DNA from: Azolla caroliniana
Taxonomy: Eukaryota; Plantae; Polypodiophyta
NCBI GenBank assembly: GCA_043228905.1
Contig: JBHGNT010000538.1
Coordinates: 1 to 21,219, forward strand
DNA length: 21,219 nt
Direction of reading: 5' to 3'
Shown one piece after another: positions 9,731-21,214 of the stretch. The position numbers and the translations under genes are program-made. The notes beneath the pieces were generated by a model. The model made no database searches and was not told the DNA's origin. It worked only from the letters and a program-made list of their open reading frames with translations. The first letter of the stretch is position 1. Each line of letters opens with the position of its first letter.

Positions 9731-10218
9731 ATAGCATTTCGAATATGGCATATGAGAAGTGTTGATGGTTTTAGGGTTAGGGCTAATGATTATGACGTTG
9801 ATGATTAATGATGAAGATAGACATGGTGGGTGTGATGAGGAGCGATGACGAAAATGACAATTATTGCGGGGTGATAGCATGATGTGCATTGACGAAAATG
9901 ATAGCATTTCAAATATGGCATATGAGAAGTGTTGATGGTTTTAGGGTTAGGGCTAATGATTATGACGTTGATGATTAATGATGAAGATAGACATGGTGGG
10001 TGTGATGAGGAGCGATGACGAAAATGACAATTATTGCGGGGTGATAGCATGATGTGCATTGACGAAAATGATAGCATTTCAAATATGGCATATGAGAAGT
10101 GTTGATGGTTTTAGGGTTAGGTTTAATGATAATGTCGTTGATGATTAATGATGAAGATAGACATGGTGGGTGTGATGAGGAGCGATGACGAAAATGACAA
10201 TTATTGCGGGGTGATAGC
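9731..10218. repeat. 170-bp tandem repeat, about 2.9 near-identical copies, each with a TTTAGGGTTAGG telomere-like motif
   Basis: Units start at 9731, 9901 and 10071; the array abuts the LINE at 10218/10219. Confidence 0.96.
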
Positions 10219-13200
10219 CATCTCATCACTTGTGCCCCAACGCCCCGTCTCACATCTCAATCCGTGCGAGCTAAGTTGCATGGAAGCAATGGTTCGAATG
10301 ACAGATATCGGGATGGGCTCTAACATGTATCGATGTGTACGGCTTCCCCGTTCCGCGAAGAATATGGTTTTGTAGTTAGATGCAACATTTGTAGTATAAT
10401 GTGTGAAGCGTGAGCCACCACATTTGTCCCATGTCATGATACATTGGCATTGCAAAAAGGCCTCATTTACAGAGGAATCTAGTGACGCATCATGAAGCAA
10501 GTGTCTTGCATCCCATCTACCAAACCATTTTTCTATATCTTGCATCCAACCGGAACACAAAATTTTGCTTTCATGCGACTTTTGGATCTTTTTGCTTGCT
10601 TCCCATTCAATTCTAGGAAGTCGATGTGAGGGGCATTTTTGAACCTTAAGCATGTATTCAACAACCCTTTCCATGGCCATGATCTCAATGGGAGGCGATC
10701 CCGTCTCACGGAGGAGGAGGATGTAGGGCGTTTGTTTCTTAACTTGTAGAAACTTTGTAAGAAAATGTTTTTGGACATTTTCAAACTCTTTCCACGTAGA
10801 TTTAGGGATGCTACCGCCCCATACTTCCACCCCATAGAGAAGAACCATGGTCACCAAAGTGTCAAAAAGATATTTCTTGAGGACCCAACACTTAATATCT
10901 CCAAGATTGCATGTGTTCTCAAATGCATAATATTCTCGCTTACCCGCCTCTAAGCGGCGTGTAGCACATTTATTCCATATATGATTTGAAGGAACTTCAA
11001 GGCCAAGATATTTGAAGCTTTCCACATATTCAAGTGGTTCATTGTTGTACATAATGCATGGTTTATCTCTTTTTTTACGCTTCACAAGCATAATCTTTGT
11101 TTTAGAGCTATTGACACTTAATCTAGTATGCATGCAAATTTTTTCCAATGCCTTCATAAGCTTTTGTGCATCTCCTGAAGTATTTGCAAAAAGCACTACA
11201 TCATCCTCATATAACAAAAGCATAATCACAACTTTCCCAATGACAACTTCTTCAACACATTCTTCCTTTACAAACTTGGTAACCATATCAAAAGCTTTCT
11301 TGAAGTCTACAAAGAAACAATATAAACCTTTACCTCTAAGGCGACTTTTCTCCATTAATACTCGAAAAGTAACAAGATGATCAATGGTGCTATGGTGTTT
11401 TTGAAAACTAGCTTGTCCATAAGCTCTCTTACCATTTTTTTCTGCCCATACACTTATCTTTGATTCCATTATACATCCAAATAGTTTTGCCATTAATGAG
11501 CCAACCATGATGGTTCGATAGTTGTTTACATTATTTACATCTCCGCCTTTATGTAAAGGTTTGATCCAATTTGTAGTCCAATCATATGGCATACCATGTT
11601 GCAATGCATCATTAAACATATCGCATATCCATATATGTGCTTCCTTTCCCGTCCATTTGAGCATTTCAACTTTTATACATTGAAGATCGCTTGCCTTTCG
11701 AGAGGCCAATTTCTTAAGTCCTATGCATATATCTTCAATTGTAAAGAAGGGAGACATATGTGAAAGAGAACCATAGTCATCTTTCCGGTAAGAGATAACT
11801 TATATAAATTCTTACAATGCATAGACAAGTCAAGAAGAGTTAAGTCACCATAACTCTCAACACGTTTCCCCTTTAGATTTCCCCAAAATTTAGCACATGC
11901 ATGTGCTTTCTCTTGCGTTTGGAGAAGTTGTTGAGTAACTTCCCATATTCGTCTCTTTCTTTGAATAAGCCTTTTATAGTCATGCAAATGCTTTTGGTAA
12001 TTTTCTTTATCCTTAACTACATCCAAAACCATAAGGCACTTTCGAGCTTCATGACATTCTTTATCAAACCATTTTTTCTAACATTTCTTCGTGCATTTCC
12101 ATGATGTGCGGTTGGTCGAAAAACATTTGTTTGTACAAGAGAGAATGACATTCTTAAAAGCTTCCCATTTGCATTCTAGTGTGGCACCATGTTGTGTCTT
12201 TGTCATTTGTAACATATCAACCATCTTGGAATACATGGGCGCTCGCTTAAGATTCATGCTCAAGTGCGTTTGTTTACTATCTTCAATGACCTTCTTGCAA
12301 TCAAACTTATGCATACATTTGAGATCAATACATAAATTCCTATGATCGGATTCTGGTGTCCATTCCCCCAATGAGAATTTATGTATATGATCCAAAATAC
12401 CTTCAGAAAATAGCACATAGTCAATCACACTATTTCCATTGTGTTTTCTACATGTAAAGCCGTTAGTATTGGGCCATAAGGAAACACCATTTGCAATAAG
12501 CAATTCGGTACTATTGCACATTTGTAGGAGTAGTTTCCAAATTGGTTCGGATCTTTTTCATCGCTAGAAGATTGACTATACATTTATTTCCATTGTGTTT
12601 TCTACATGTAAAGCCGTTAGTATTGGGCCATAAGGAAACACCATTTGCAATAAGCAATTCGGTACTATTGCACATTTGTAGGAGTAGTTTCCCAAATTGG
12701 TCCGGATCTTTTTCATCGCTAGAAGATCGACTATCCATTTGCATATCCTCTTGCATCCTTGAGATATGTGGCATGAAAGATTCATGTGAATCAAGTTGGA
12801 AACTTCTTGTAGGAGCATTCATGTCACCAAAGACAATAACTTCCCCTTTGGATTTGAAATAAGCAATATCATCTTCTAGATTTGCAAAAGGTTGATCTTT
12901 ATCCAAAGAAGCATAGAAGTTAGAATCTTGATAAGGAATGTAACATCCAACGACAAAAGTGGGCAAATCATTAGGTGTTTCTATTTTGAACCATATGTAG
13001 CATTTATGTTCATCATTTTTTACGATTGACACATATTTCTCTATTTCCTTTTAATCAAACATGCCACCCCTCCTTGTCCTCTTCTTTGTCTTGGATTTTT
13101 CTCCCATATCAAAGAGTGTACATTATAGTTTCCTAAACCTTGAATCCTTTGATTATCATGCTCCCATGTTTCAACAAGAAGTGTGATATTCGAGTCATCG

Positions 13201-13295
13201 ATGAACTCCTCTATGCCGAATCCCACATTCCATGGGTACCACTACAATTCCAAAAACATAGTCGTAAAAGACGTAGTTTAGTCTCATAGGTCACA
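10219..13295 (-). pseudogene. LINE ORF2 (AP endonuclease + reverse transcriptase), frameshifted
   Basis: APE motifs FWN, LLVETW, GGVACLI, GDMNA, SVIDY, SDH; RT motifs PLHKGG...NNYRTI, VDFKKAFD, YEDD (11200-11211, for YADD), FKYLG; ends at RCETGRW. Confidence 0.92.
12431..12740. repeat. 154/155-bp tandem duplication inside the LINE endonuclease
   Basis: 12431-12584 versus 12585-12739; three substitutions and a 1-bp indel. Confidence 0.95.
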
Positions 13296-13300
13296 TGTCC

Positions 13301-14137
13301 CTATTTGCCTACATTTCCATCTTTAAGCACATCCTTAACCTTATTTTTCAATCTTTCTTCATATGTTTTATGACGGGCATTTTGTTGTGAGATAGTACGA
13401 TCTTCACTCACAAAGTATTGCGTACCTTTGAGGTATACCCAACTGTTTTTTAGTATGATCCGCCGCTTTGTATCATCCATCATTGTGCATACAATGGGCC
13501 TTTCTTCGGAGCGAGTAACACCATGTTTCCCAACTCGGTGTGCCCCATATACATTCACATCTGACATCCCATAATGCATGTTAAAAAATTCATCAATGGC
13601 CTTTCCAAGGGAAGCGGGTGTTTCCATACTCTCCTCTTTAATCCCACGGATAACAATGTTCTTTGATCTTCGTTCACGCTCTTTCAATTCTCGGGCATCT
13701 ATGCTTTCTATATTCTTCTCTTGATGCATCACATGCATATTAGATGAGTTTGATACCCCATCCCCACCACATACATCGGCCCATGATTTCGTTGTACATA
13801 CATTTTTTATCTCACTTACATCCCACCTCATTGTGTCTAATTTTTCTTCTTTTAATGCTTCCTTTAACTCAATCTTATTAAGGCGCTCATTTGTTTCGAA
13901 AGCTCTTTTACATTCTTGAATCTCTTCTTCAAGTTTTGCAACCACTTTCTTAAGAATTTCATTCTCAATGGCAATAGTTTGGAGTTTAGCATTCTCTTTC
14001 ATTAACATCCTAATCTCTTCACCTTGCTTGTTTATGGTTTCTTGAAGAGAAATCAAGTGACTCATAAGCATTTTGTCCATTGTGTTTATTGCATTGGAAT
14101 CAACATTTGTTGGTGATTTCGGTTCATTATCAATCAT
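13301..14137 (-). CDS. LINE ORF1 protein (coiled coil + RRM-like domain), 278 aa open frame
   Basis: Heptad-rich N-terminus; RRSKNIVIRGIKE...HRVG...RPIV...VSEDRT pattern typical of LINE ORF1 RRM/CTD. Confidence 0.85.
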   Translation of the reverse strand: MIDNEPKSPTNVDSNAINTMDKMLMSHLISLQETINKQGEEIRMLMKENAKLQTIAIENEILKKVVAKLEEEIQECKRAFETNERLNKIELKEALKEEKLDTMRWDVSEIKNVCTTKSWADVCGGDGVSNSSNMHVMHQEKNIESIDARELKERERRSKNIVIRGIKEESMETPASLGKAIDEFFNMHYGMSDVNVYGAHRVGKHGVTRSEERPIVCTMMDDTKRRIILKNSWVYLKGTQYFVSEDRTISQQNARHKTYEERLKNKVKDVLKDGNVGK

Positions 14138-15263
14138 ACTCCCGAACTTTGAGGCAACCTTACGAGTGTGTCATTGTAGGACCAAACCCTATGAGAGAGG
14201 GAGAGAGGGAGAGAGAAAATGTACCTTTCACTTGATTTAGGGCTTCAAAATCTACCTTGCGTTTGAGGTGCCATGGGGCAAAGATGGATACAGACAAAAA
14301 TGCTCATAACTTCTCGCCACAGTAATGGAATTCAGTAAATGAACATTCCTTAGAAAGCTCCTCTTCGTATCCGTCCACATACACCCACATGTGCATCTGT
14401 TCACATACATATCTACTCACACTCACAATTACACTTATGCACATTTACACACACTCATCAAGAACATTATATCATTCGACCCTCACTCATCACACTCTAC
14501 TCTTCGTATATCTCGTACGATATCAAGAAGTAAGAAGAAAAAAAGGGATACAAAAGAAGCCCATAAAATCAGAGACACCACACAAACATGTTATTTATGG
14601 TGATTCAAATACATTGCATATTAACATGTTTGAAATATATCAATTTTCAAATCCTACTTTGATTACAAAGCATGTTTTATGTCTAGAACCATGATTGAAC
14701 CTTGTTCTCTTAATAAGATACCGATGTAGAGTGGAACTCAAACATTTAGAATATAACATATGAGAAACAAATGGTTCCATATTCCGAAGGATCACGTGGA
14801 AGAATTCAAACATTTAGAATATGCAGGCACACATACGTACATGGTATTCATTGGCTATAATGGCATGTCCTCATGGTGATTATATCTATGCTTACAATGC
14901 TTAGCTGATCTCTACTACATAATATTATCATTGTCGTCATCCAATAGGAAAATAACAAACCTATGATGTGTATCCACATCTGTGTGTTCGGAATAATTGC
15001 ATTCCTATGTATGTAAATAGGAATACGTAAGTGCTCAAGAACATCGTACCTTGTGTTGTAACTAAGTATGTGAGATAATCAAAGCTTTAACAAACATATT
15101 TTGTGTTGCTTTGAGCTTAGTTTCGTTTGGTGGAAAACAATGAAAGTGGGTTGAAAGAAAATACAAAAACGTTTGAAAAATTTACTATCGTAGAAAAGTT
15201 TCTTGCACACTTGTTATTAGCATAGAGAAAACGACTCGTTGTTTCTAATTCAACATTTCTTCA

Positions 15264-15707
15264 TGTTGAGTGGCAAGCTCAACCGGATCCGGATCGGCTG
15301 AATAAGCCTGAGTCAGATCGGCATCCAGAAGGATGAGCCAAATCGGTGAGCGCGGTGAGTTGGGGAGCCGGTTAGCTGGATCAAGTAGTAACCGGAAGCC
15401 TAGTAGTAGCCTAGACTACTAGGTAGTTAATGTCTCGTAGTTAGTGTCAGTCACACTTGTGAGCATTGAAGTACATGTCAGTACTTCTGTCAGTCCTTTA
15501 TGGACTTGTATAAATAGTGTTGTTTAGTACGTTGTATCTACAGAGTTTTAGAGTTAATTTTTGAATATAGTTCTATGTTTTGCTCTCTTTGTCTCTCCCG
15601 TATATACTCTGCGTGTTTGAAGCTTTTCCATTAAACCTTCATCTCATTTTCTGTTTCTATCCGGTTGATCCGGTTCTATCTGACGCTTCCGCACTTTAAC
15701 ATTCACA
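15264..15707 (+). repeat. 5' LTR of copia-3 (444 bp)
   Basis: TGTTGAGTG...CATTCACA; TATAAAT at 15509-15515; directly followed by the PBS. Confidence 0.85.
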
Positions 15708-15719
15708 TGGTATCAGAGC
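15708..15719 (+). promoter_or_regulatory. Primer-binding site, tRNA-iMet type (copia-3)
   Basis: TGGTATCAGAGC. Confidence 0.95.
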
Positions 15720-17735
15720 GCGAGGGTTGAGAACCTCTACAACCGACATTAGCATCTGAAGACAAACCCTAAGACCCAGTAAGAATAGAAAGAGAAGTGA
15801 TGGACAGAGGAATGGCTAGCTCGCTCTCGATGGAGAAGCTCGATAGATCCAACTACGCATCTTGGTCATACAAGATGCACCAGTACCTGCTTGGGCATGG
15901 TTACTGGAGCTATGTCGACGGAGCTAACGACATAACACCTGATGCGGCACACAAGGACTTCCCAGTGTGGGAACAAGCGGCAAGCAGAGTGATGTATTGC
16001 TTTGCATCCGGTGTCGGAGACCAGCTGTTGAGCCATGTCCGAGATGCCAAGACGCCAATAGAAGCTTGGGGAAACCTGAAGAAGGTTTTCGTGGCAAGCA
16101 CTACGGCCCAGAAGTTGCAACTTTGACAGGATTTGAGCAATGTCTGATAGAAGGACATGTCAGTAGCCAATTACACAGCCGAATCAAAGAGATCTGTGAC
16201 TCACTTGCCTCTATCAACGTCACTGTAGAGGAAGATGAGATGGTGCGGATCTGTCTTGGGGGCCTAACGTCTAAGTTCAAAGCATTCCGAACGGTGGTAT
16301 GTACAAGGGAGAATACACCGTCATTTTTCAACTTACAGTCGATGCTCCTTGTAGAGGAGAACCACGCCGGTGCGTCAACAAGTGCACCCACCGACAGTCG
16401 GATGCTGTACATTGAGGCGGATCGGCCCCATGGGCGTGGTGGACGAGGCGGGTCGGCTCGCAATGGTAGCGGCCGGCAAGAGCAGGACCGAAGGCACAAA
16501 GAACGTGCCGACAGTAGTTCCGGACCCTCCACAAGCAGGGGGAGTCAAGGTGGCGCCGGAGGCCGGCAAGCAAAGGCCGACACAGAATGTTGGTACTGTG
16601 CCAAAAAGCGCCACAAGGAAAGCGAGTGCTGGAAGAAGCGCGCCGATTCGAACAAATTCGAATTCGGCAAAACTGGTTGGGAGAATCGGCAAAGCTCGCA
16701 CTACGCGGAAGGATCGGAAGGATCCGGAATCGGGAAAACCAGTAAAGGGCCAGTCTTCATGATGAAGCACAAGGCTAACTCGATGAAGAAGACTACTTCT
16801 GAACTAGAGGAAGTATGGTACGTTGATTCCCAAGTGTCCAACCACATGACGAGCCATGAAGAGTGGTTCTCTTTTTTGGAGAAACCAGAACAACCGGGGA
16901 TTGTCGAAACCGGAGACGACACCCCTCACCCGATTGTGCATGTCGGAGAAGTCCCCTTAAGCCATGTCAAACAAAAGGGGAAGCTGATGAACGTATTACA
17001 CGTTCCAACTATCACAAAGAACCTGGTGTTGGTTGGACAAATCTTCGACCAGGGGATGCAGGTGCGGTTTACGCACCTCGGGTGCTTCATCGAGGAAGAG
17101 GGTTGGATAATTGCGCAAGGGCGCAGAGACGGGAGGATGTTCATCCTTGACACTAATGATGTCGGCACCACTATGTTTGTGAAAGGGAAGAAGGTTGAAT
17201 CGAACATCGACTTGTGGCACAAGCGGATCGACCACGTCAATTATTGGAGGCTTCAAGACCTGCAATCGAAACAAGTCGTTTTCGGTTTGCCGAAATTTAG
17301 CGGTCGGAAGGTTGAAGTTTGTGAAGCCTGCCAACTCGGGAAGCAACACCGGCTTCCATTCCACATCGAACGAAACCATAGCCGTAACAAGCTCGACCTT
17401 ATTCATTCGGATGTATGGGGACCGACACCGAACGTTACTCTTGGCGGGAGTCGATACTTCGTCTCCTTCATTGACGACTACAACCGACACACATGGATCT
17501 ACCTTATTGAGCGGAAGAGCGAAGTCTTCGAGTGTTTCCGGAACCTACAAAGCCTGGTTGAACGGGAAACAGAGAGGAAGATCAAGTGCCTGTGGTCGGA
17601 TGGCGGAAAAGAATATTTTTCCGGCCAATTCAACAGTTATCTGCAGCAAAAACGAATTCGGAGAGAGTTCAGCTGCAGATACACACTGGAGCAAAACGCT
17701 GTGGCCGAGAGGAAGAACCGGTTGATTATCGACGC

Positions 17736-18837
17736 TGTCGTGAAGATCCGTCACTACGCGCGGATCGTGAGGCGGAACCGCCGGGGTTCTGGACCGGAAG
17801 GATTCAAAGTCGGTACAAGCTTTGGCGCAAGCTTTGGCGAGAAAGTACTTAAGATAGATTGGGAAAGAGAGAAGTTGAGATTAAACGATTGAGAGAGATT
17901 GATTGAACTTTTATCTTTGGATTTAAGAAACAAGTTACACGATCAATTTGATAACGAATTTCTTCTTCTTAATTTCATAACAAAAAAAAACGTGTTTTTT
18001 CTCCTCCCCCTTCTTTTATAGATGCTCTCATGCGTATGATGCATGTGAGGGTACAAGACATGCATAAAATGCATGTTTGCCATTTGGCACTTATGTATTA
18101 CATGTGGTGCATGATAACCATGTCACTCATTTTAGCTCTCATGTATAAGAATTTACATGTAAAAGTACAATGATAGAAATATAAATTCAATTAAATGGCA
18201 TGGCTTAATGGTAAGCCAATTGACTCCTAACTTAGAGGTGCAAGGTTCGAATCCTTACTTGCCCTCCTTGTATATGTATATATATTTATATATTTATTTA
18301 TCTAGTCACCGGACGCTGCCTCGCCGGATACCGTCGGTTACCGGATGTCGTCGTCTCACCAGCGCCGGATGCTGTCACCTCTTCGTCGCCGGTTGCCGCC
18401 GGATATCGGTGCCGTCGGATGCCGCCGGATCACCGGCTCCATCGTCGGTCCGGTTTTGGTTGGCCAAAACCCTTTACGAGTAGCTAGCCCACCTCCACTC
18501 TTAGTTCAAGTTACCTTGAACTCTCTATGCTCCACACATAGACACAAAGATAATAGCTTTTGCTCTACCTTATATATGATGAGAGCCGTATTTGTCGTGC
18601 CTATGTGGGATATCTCACAATTTTCTCTTTTCCTTTCACAAACTTTATACCCTCATATCTTGACATTTAGTTGTTCGTTTCTCGTGTAATAAAGTGCATT
18701 CGAAACCTCCATCATTTTGTACTTAGATACTAAATTTATTTAAAATGTTATCTTCACAATTATTGTATTATGTGATTCATACTCGATTTTGTAGGTTTTA
18801 TGGGATTTTCACACTATTGCCGAAAATCTTCACGACA
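17736..18837 (-). mobile_element. Nested 1102-bp solo-LTR-like insertion (gypsy-type termini) in the copia-3 integrase
   Basis: Perfect 12-bp TIR TGTCGTGAAGAT...ATCTTCACGACA; 4-bp TSD ACGC (17732-17735 / 18838-18841); excision restores IIDAARAMLEEKSMPKFYWAEA; minus-strand TATAAAAG at 18020-18013. Confidence 0.9.
18194..18265 (+). other. tRNA-like (pseudo-tRNA) Pol III A/B-box cassette within the nested LTR
   Basis: A box TGGCTTAATGG (18201-18211), B box GGTTCGAATCC (18244-18254), D and T arms paired, loop CT-CCT-AA; acceptor and anticodon stems poorly paired. Confidence 0.75.
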
Positions 18838-21202
18838 ACGCGGCAAGGGCGATGTTGGAGGAGAAGAGCATGCCCAAATTCTACTGGGCTGAGGCGGTCC
18901 GGACGGCCGTCTACATCCAATACCGGATCAGTGACAAGGTGCAGCACACGAGTTGTATTTTGGGCGCAAGCCGAATTTGAGACACCTTCGGATATTCGGT
19001 AGCATTGCATATGTGCATGTGCCGGATGAGAAGTAGAGGACGTTGGATGCGAAGTCGGAGAAATGAATCCTGGTCGGTTACTCACATGAGCAAAAGGGGT
19101 ATAAGTGTTATAACCCCTGGACGAAGCAGGTCCAAGTTAGCCGGGATGTTGACTTTGATGAGACGACATCATGGTATGCCTTACTGGCTTCGACTTCCGA
19201 CCCCGACCTGATACTGGAGGATGAGGCTAGTGAGCCTGAACCGATCCAGTTAGAAGACGAAGGGTTCGAGACTCTAAATGTGAGTCCGGAATCGTTTCGG
19301 TTAAGTGGACCGAATGAGCGGCTGAGTCAGAATGACTAGTCAGATGAGGAACCGACGAGTAATGGAGACTCTGCCATGCTCTCCCCATGCAAGGAATCGA
19401 TGAGACGGTTCACGTGCAAAGAGAAGGGGAAGAAGAAGATGCCGGAATATGAACACGACAACGTTGAGTCGGATCGAAGCGAATTCGACTCCAGAAAGGA
19501 TGAATGCGGATCTTCGGGAACGAAGTTTGACTTGACCAAGAAGGGCCCCAAACCGGGTAACGATAAGTTACGCCAGTCTTCCCGCCGAAAGAACCCCGTG
19601 AAGCAGTACGGGTACAATGAGTACATGGCGCATCACTATGCGTACATGACCAAGGTGGCGGAAGTGCATGAGCCGGAGAGCTACGCAGAAGCGGCAAAGG
19701 ACGCAAATTGGCGTGCCGCTATGGAGGAAGAAATGTGGGCACTTGATGCCAACGACACATGGGACCTAGTTGACCCTCCCCGACACTGTAAATTGATCAG
19801 ATGTAAGTGGGTGTACAAGGTAAAGTACAATGCTGACAGTTCAGTTAACCAGTACAAGGCCCGGTTAGTGGCAAAGGGATACGCACAGACCCATGGAATC
19901 GACTACGACGAGACCTTCGCTCCAGTAGCGAAGATGACGACGGTTCGTGTGGTGCTGGTGGTTGCTGAGGCAAGGGGGTGGCATCTTCACCAGATGGACG
20001 TGAAGAATGCATTTCTTCAAGGTGATCTTGAAGAAGAGGTCTTTATGACCCAACCCCAAGTTTCCAGTTGGAGATGAACACGTCGGCGGTATGACGGTTG
20101 AAGAAGTCGCTTTATGGTTTGAATCAAGCCCCCCGAGCTTGGAATGCGAAGATCACACACCGGTTGTGTAAGATGGGGTTTGGGGTCTCCAGGTCTGACT
20201 CTTCGTTGTTCATCCGGCAAGGTTCGGACGGTCTCGTTTGCATCTTGATGTATGTTGATGATCTAGTCATCACCGAACCCGGACTCGATGAAATCAGTCG
20301 AGTCAAGTCCCAGTTGTCAGACGCATTTGAGATGAAGGACCTGGGGGACCTTCACTATTTCCTTGGGATTGAGGTGATCCGAACCCCCGATGGCATATTG
20401 CTCTCACAAAGACACTATGTGTTGAATATGTTGTACACGTTTGGCATGACGGAATGCCGACTGATCTCCACACCCCTAGACTGGAACTAGAAGATTTGTC
20501 CCAACTTAGGACCGGCCTGCGATGAGAAACGGTTCCGAAAAATCGTTGGAAGCCTGATATACTTGACGATCACTCGACCCGACCTCAGTTACCCGGTTGA
20601 AGTGATCAACCAGTTCATGTAGAAGCTGACCGTCGAGAACCTTCAGTGCACACACCGGATACTCCGGTATGTGAGTGGCATGAAGGACTGGGGACTGTTA
20701 TACCGGCATGGTATAACCGAAGAGCTAGTCGGCTACACCGATGTCGATTGGGCCGACGATGCATCGGATCACTGATCCACCTCCGGCTATATGTTTTCCC
20801 TTGGTAGTGCGGATGTTGCGTGGAGCAGCAAAAAGTAGCCAACAGTGGCCCTTTCGAGCATTGAGGCTGAATATTGGGGCACTACCGCTGCCACCTTTGA
20901 AGCCATTTGGCTTCGGCGACTGCTGCAAGACCTGCGGATCGAGGTGCAAACCCCAATCCTGATCTACTGTGACAACATAAGCAACATGTAGCTCGCCAAG
21001 AACCCCATATTCCATGCTCACACAAAGCACATAGAATTGCACTACCACTTCGTGCGTGAGCGTGTCCTGAGCGGTGAAGTCGAACTTCAGTATGTTCATA
21101 CGGATCGGCAAGTTGCCGACATCTTCACCAAACCGCTCGGATCGGACAAGTTAGAGCACTTCACCAAAATGCTTGGTGTTCAGCATCTCGATGTGCCACA
21201 CT

Positions 21203-21214
21203 TGAGGGGGAGAA
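21203..21214 (+). promoter_or_regulatory. PPT-like purine tract at the end of copia-3 pol
   Basis: TGAGGGGGAGAA, but not followed by a TG LTR start within the window. Confidence 0.5.

Larger units (their letters stand above)
10219..14350 (-). mobile_element. Non-LTR retrotransposon (LINE) with ORF1 and APE-RT ORF2, 3'-truncated; 5' boundary approximate
   Basis: ORF1 is followed directly by endonuclease and RT motifs; no poly(A)/simple-repeat tail or TSD found. Confidence 0.9.

Noticed and set aside
9768-10125. Interstitial telomere or chromosome-fusion scar
   Set aside because: Only about two telomere-like units per monomer, not an array.
9695-10253. His/Ser-rich small ORFs
   Set aside because: Translations of the 170-bp repeat.
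14190-14256. Intron in the LINE 5' UTR (CT-rich tract ending in catag on the minus strand)
   Set aside because: Candidate introns are only about 35-66 nt and the CT tract may be a simple microsatellite.
16101-17754. Multiple antisense and alternate-frame ORFs over copia-3
   Set aside because: Expected shadows of GC-rich pol sequence, with no recognisable motifs.
15967-17892. 641-aa ORF as an intact novel protein
   Set aside because: The first ~70 aa are off-frame gag and the last ~50 aa are read-through into the nested insertion; the protease DSG is lost.
18194-18265. Functional tRNA-Arg(CCT) gene
   Set aside because: Acceptor and anticodon stems do not pair adequately; kept only as a tRNA-like cassette.
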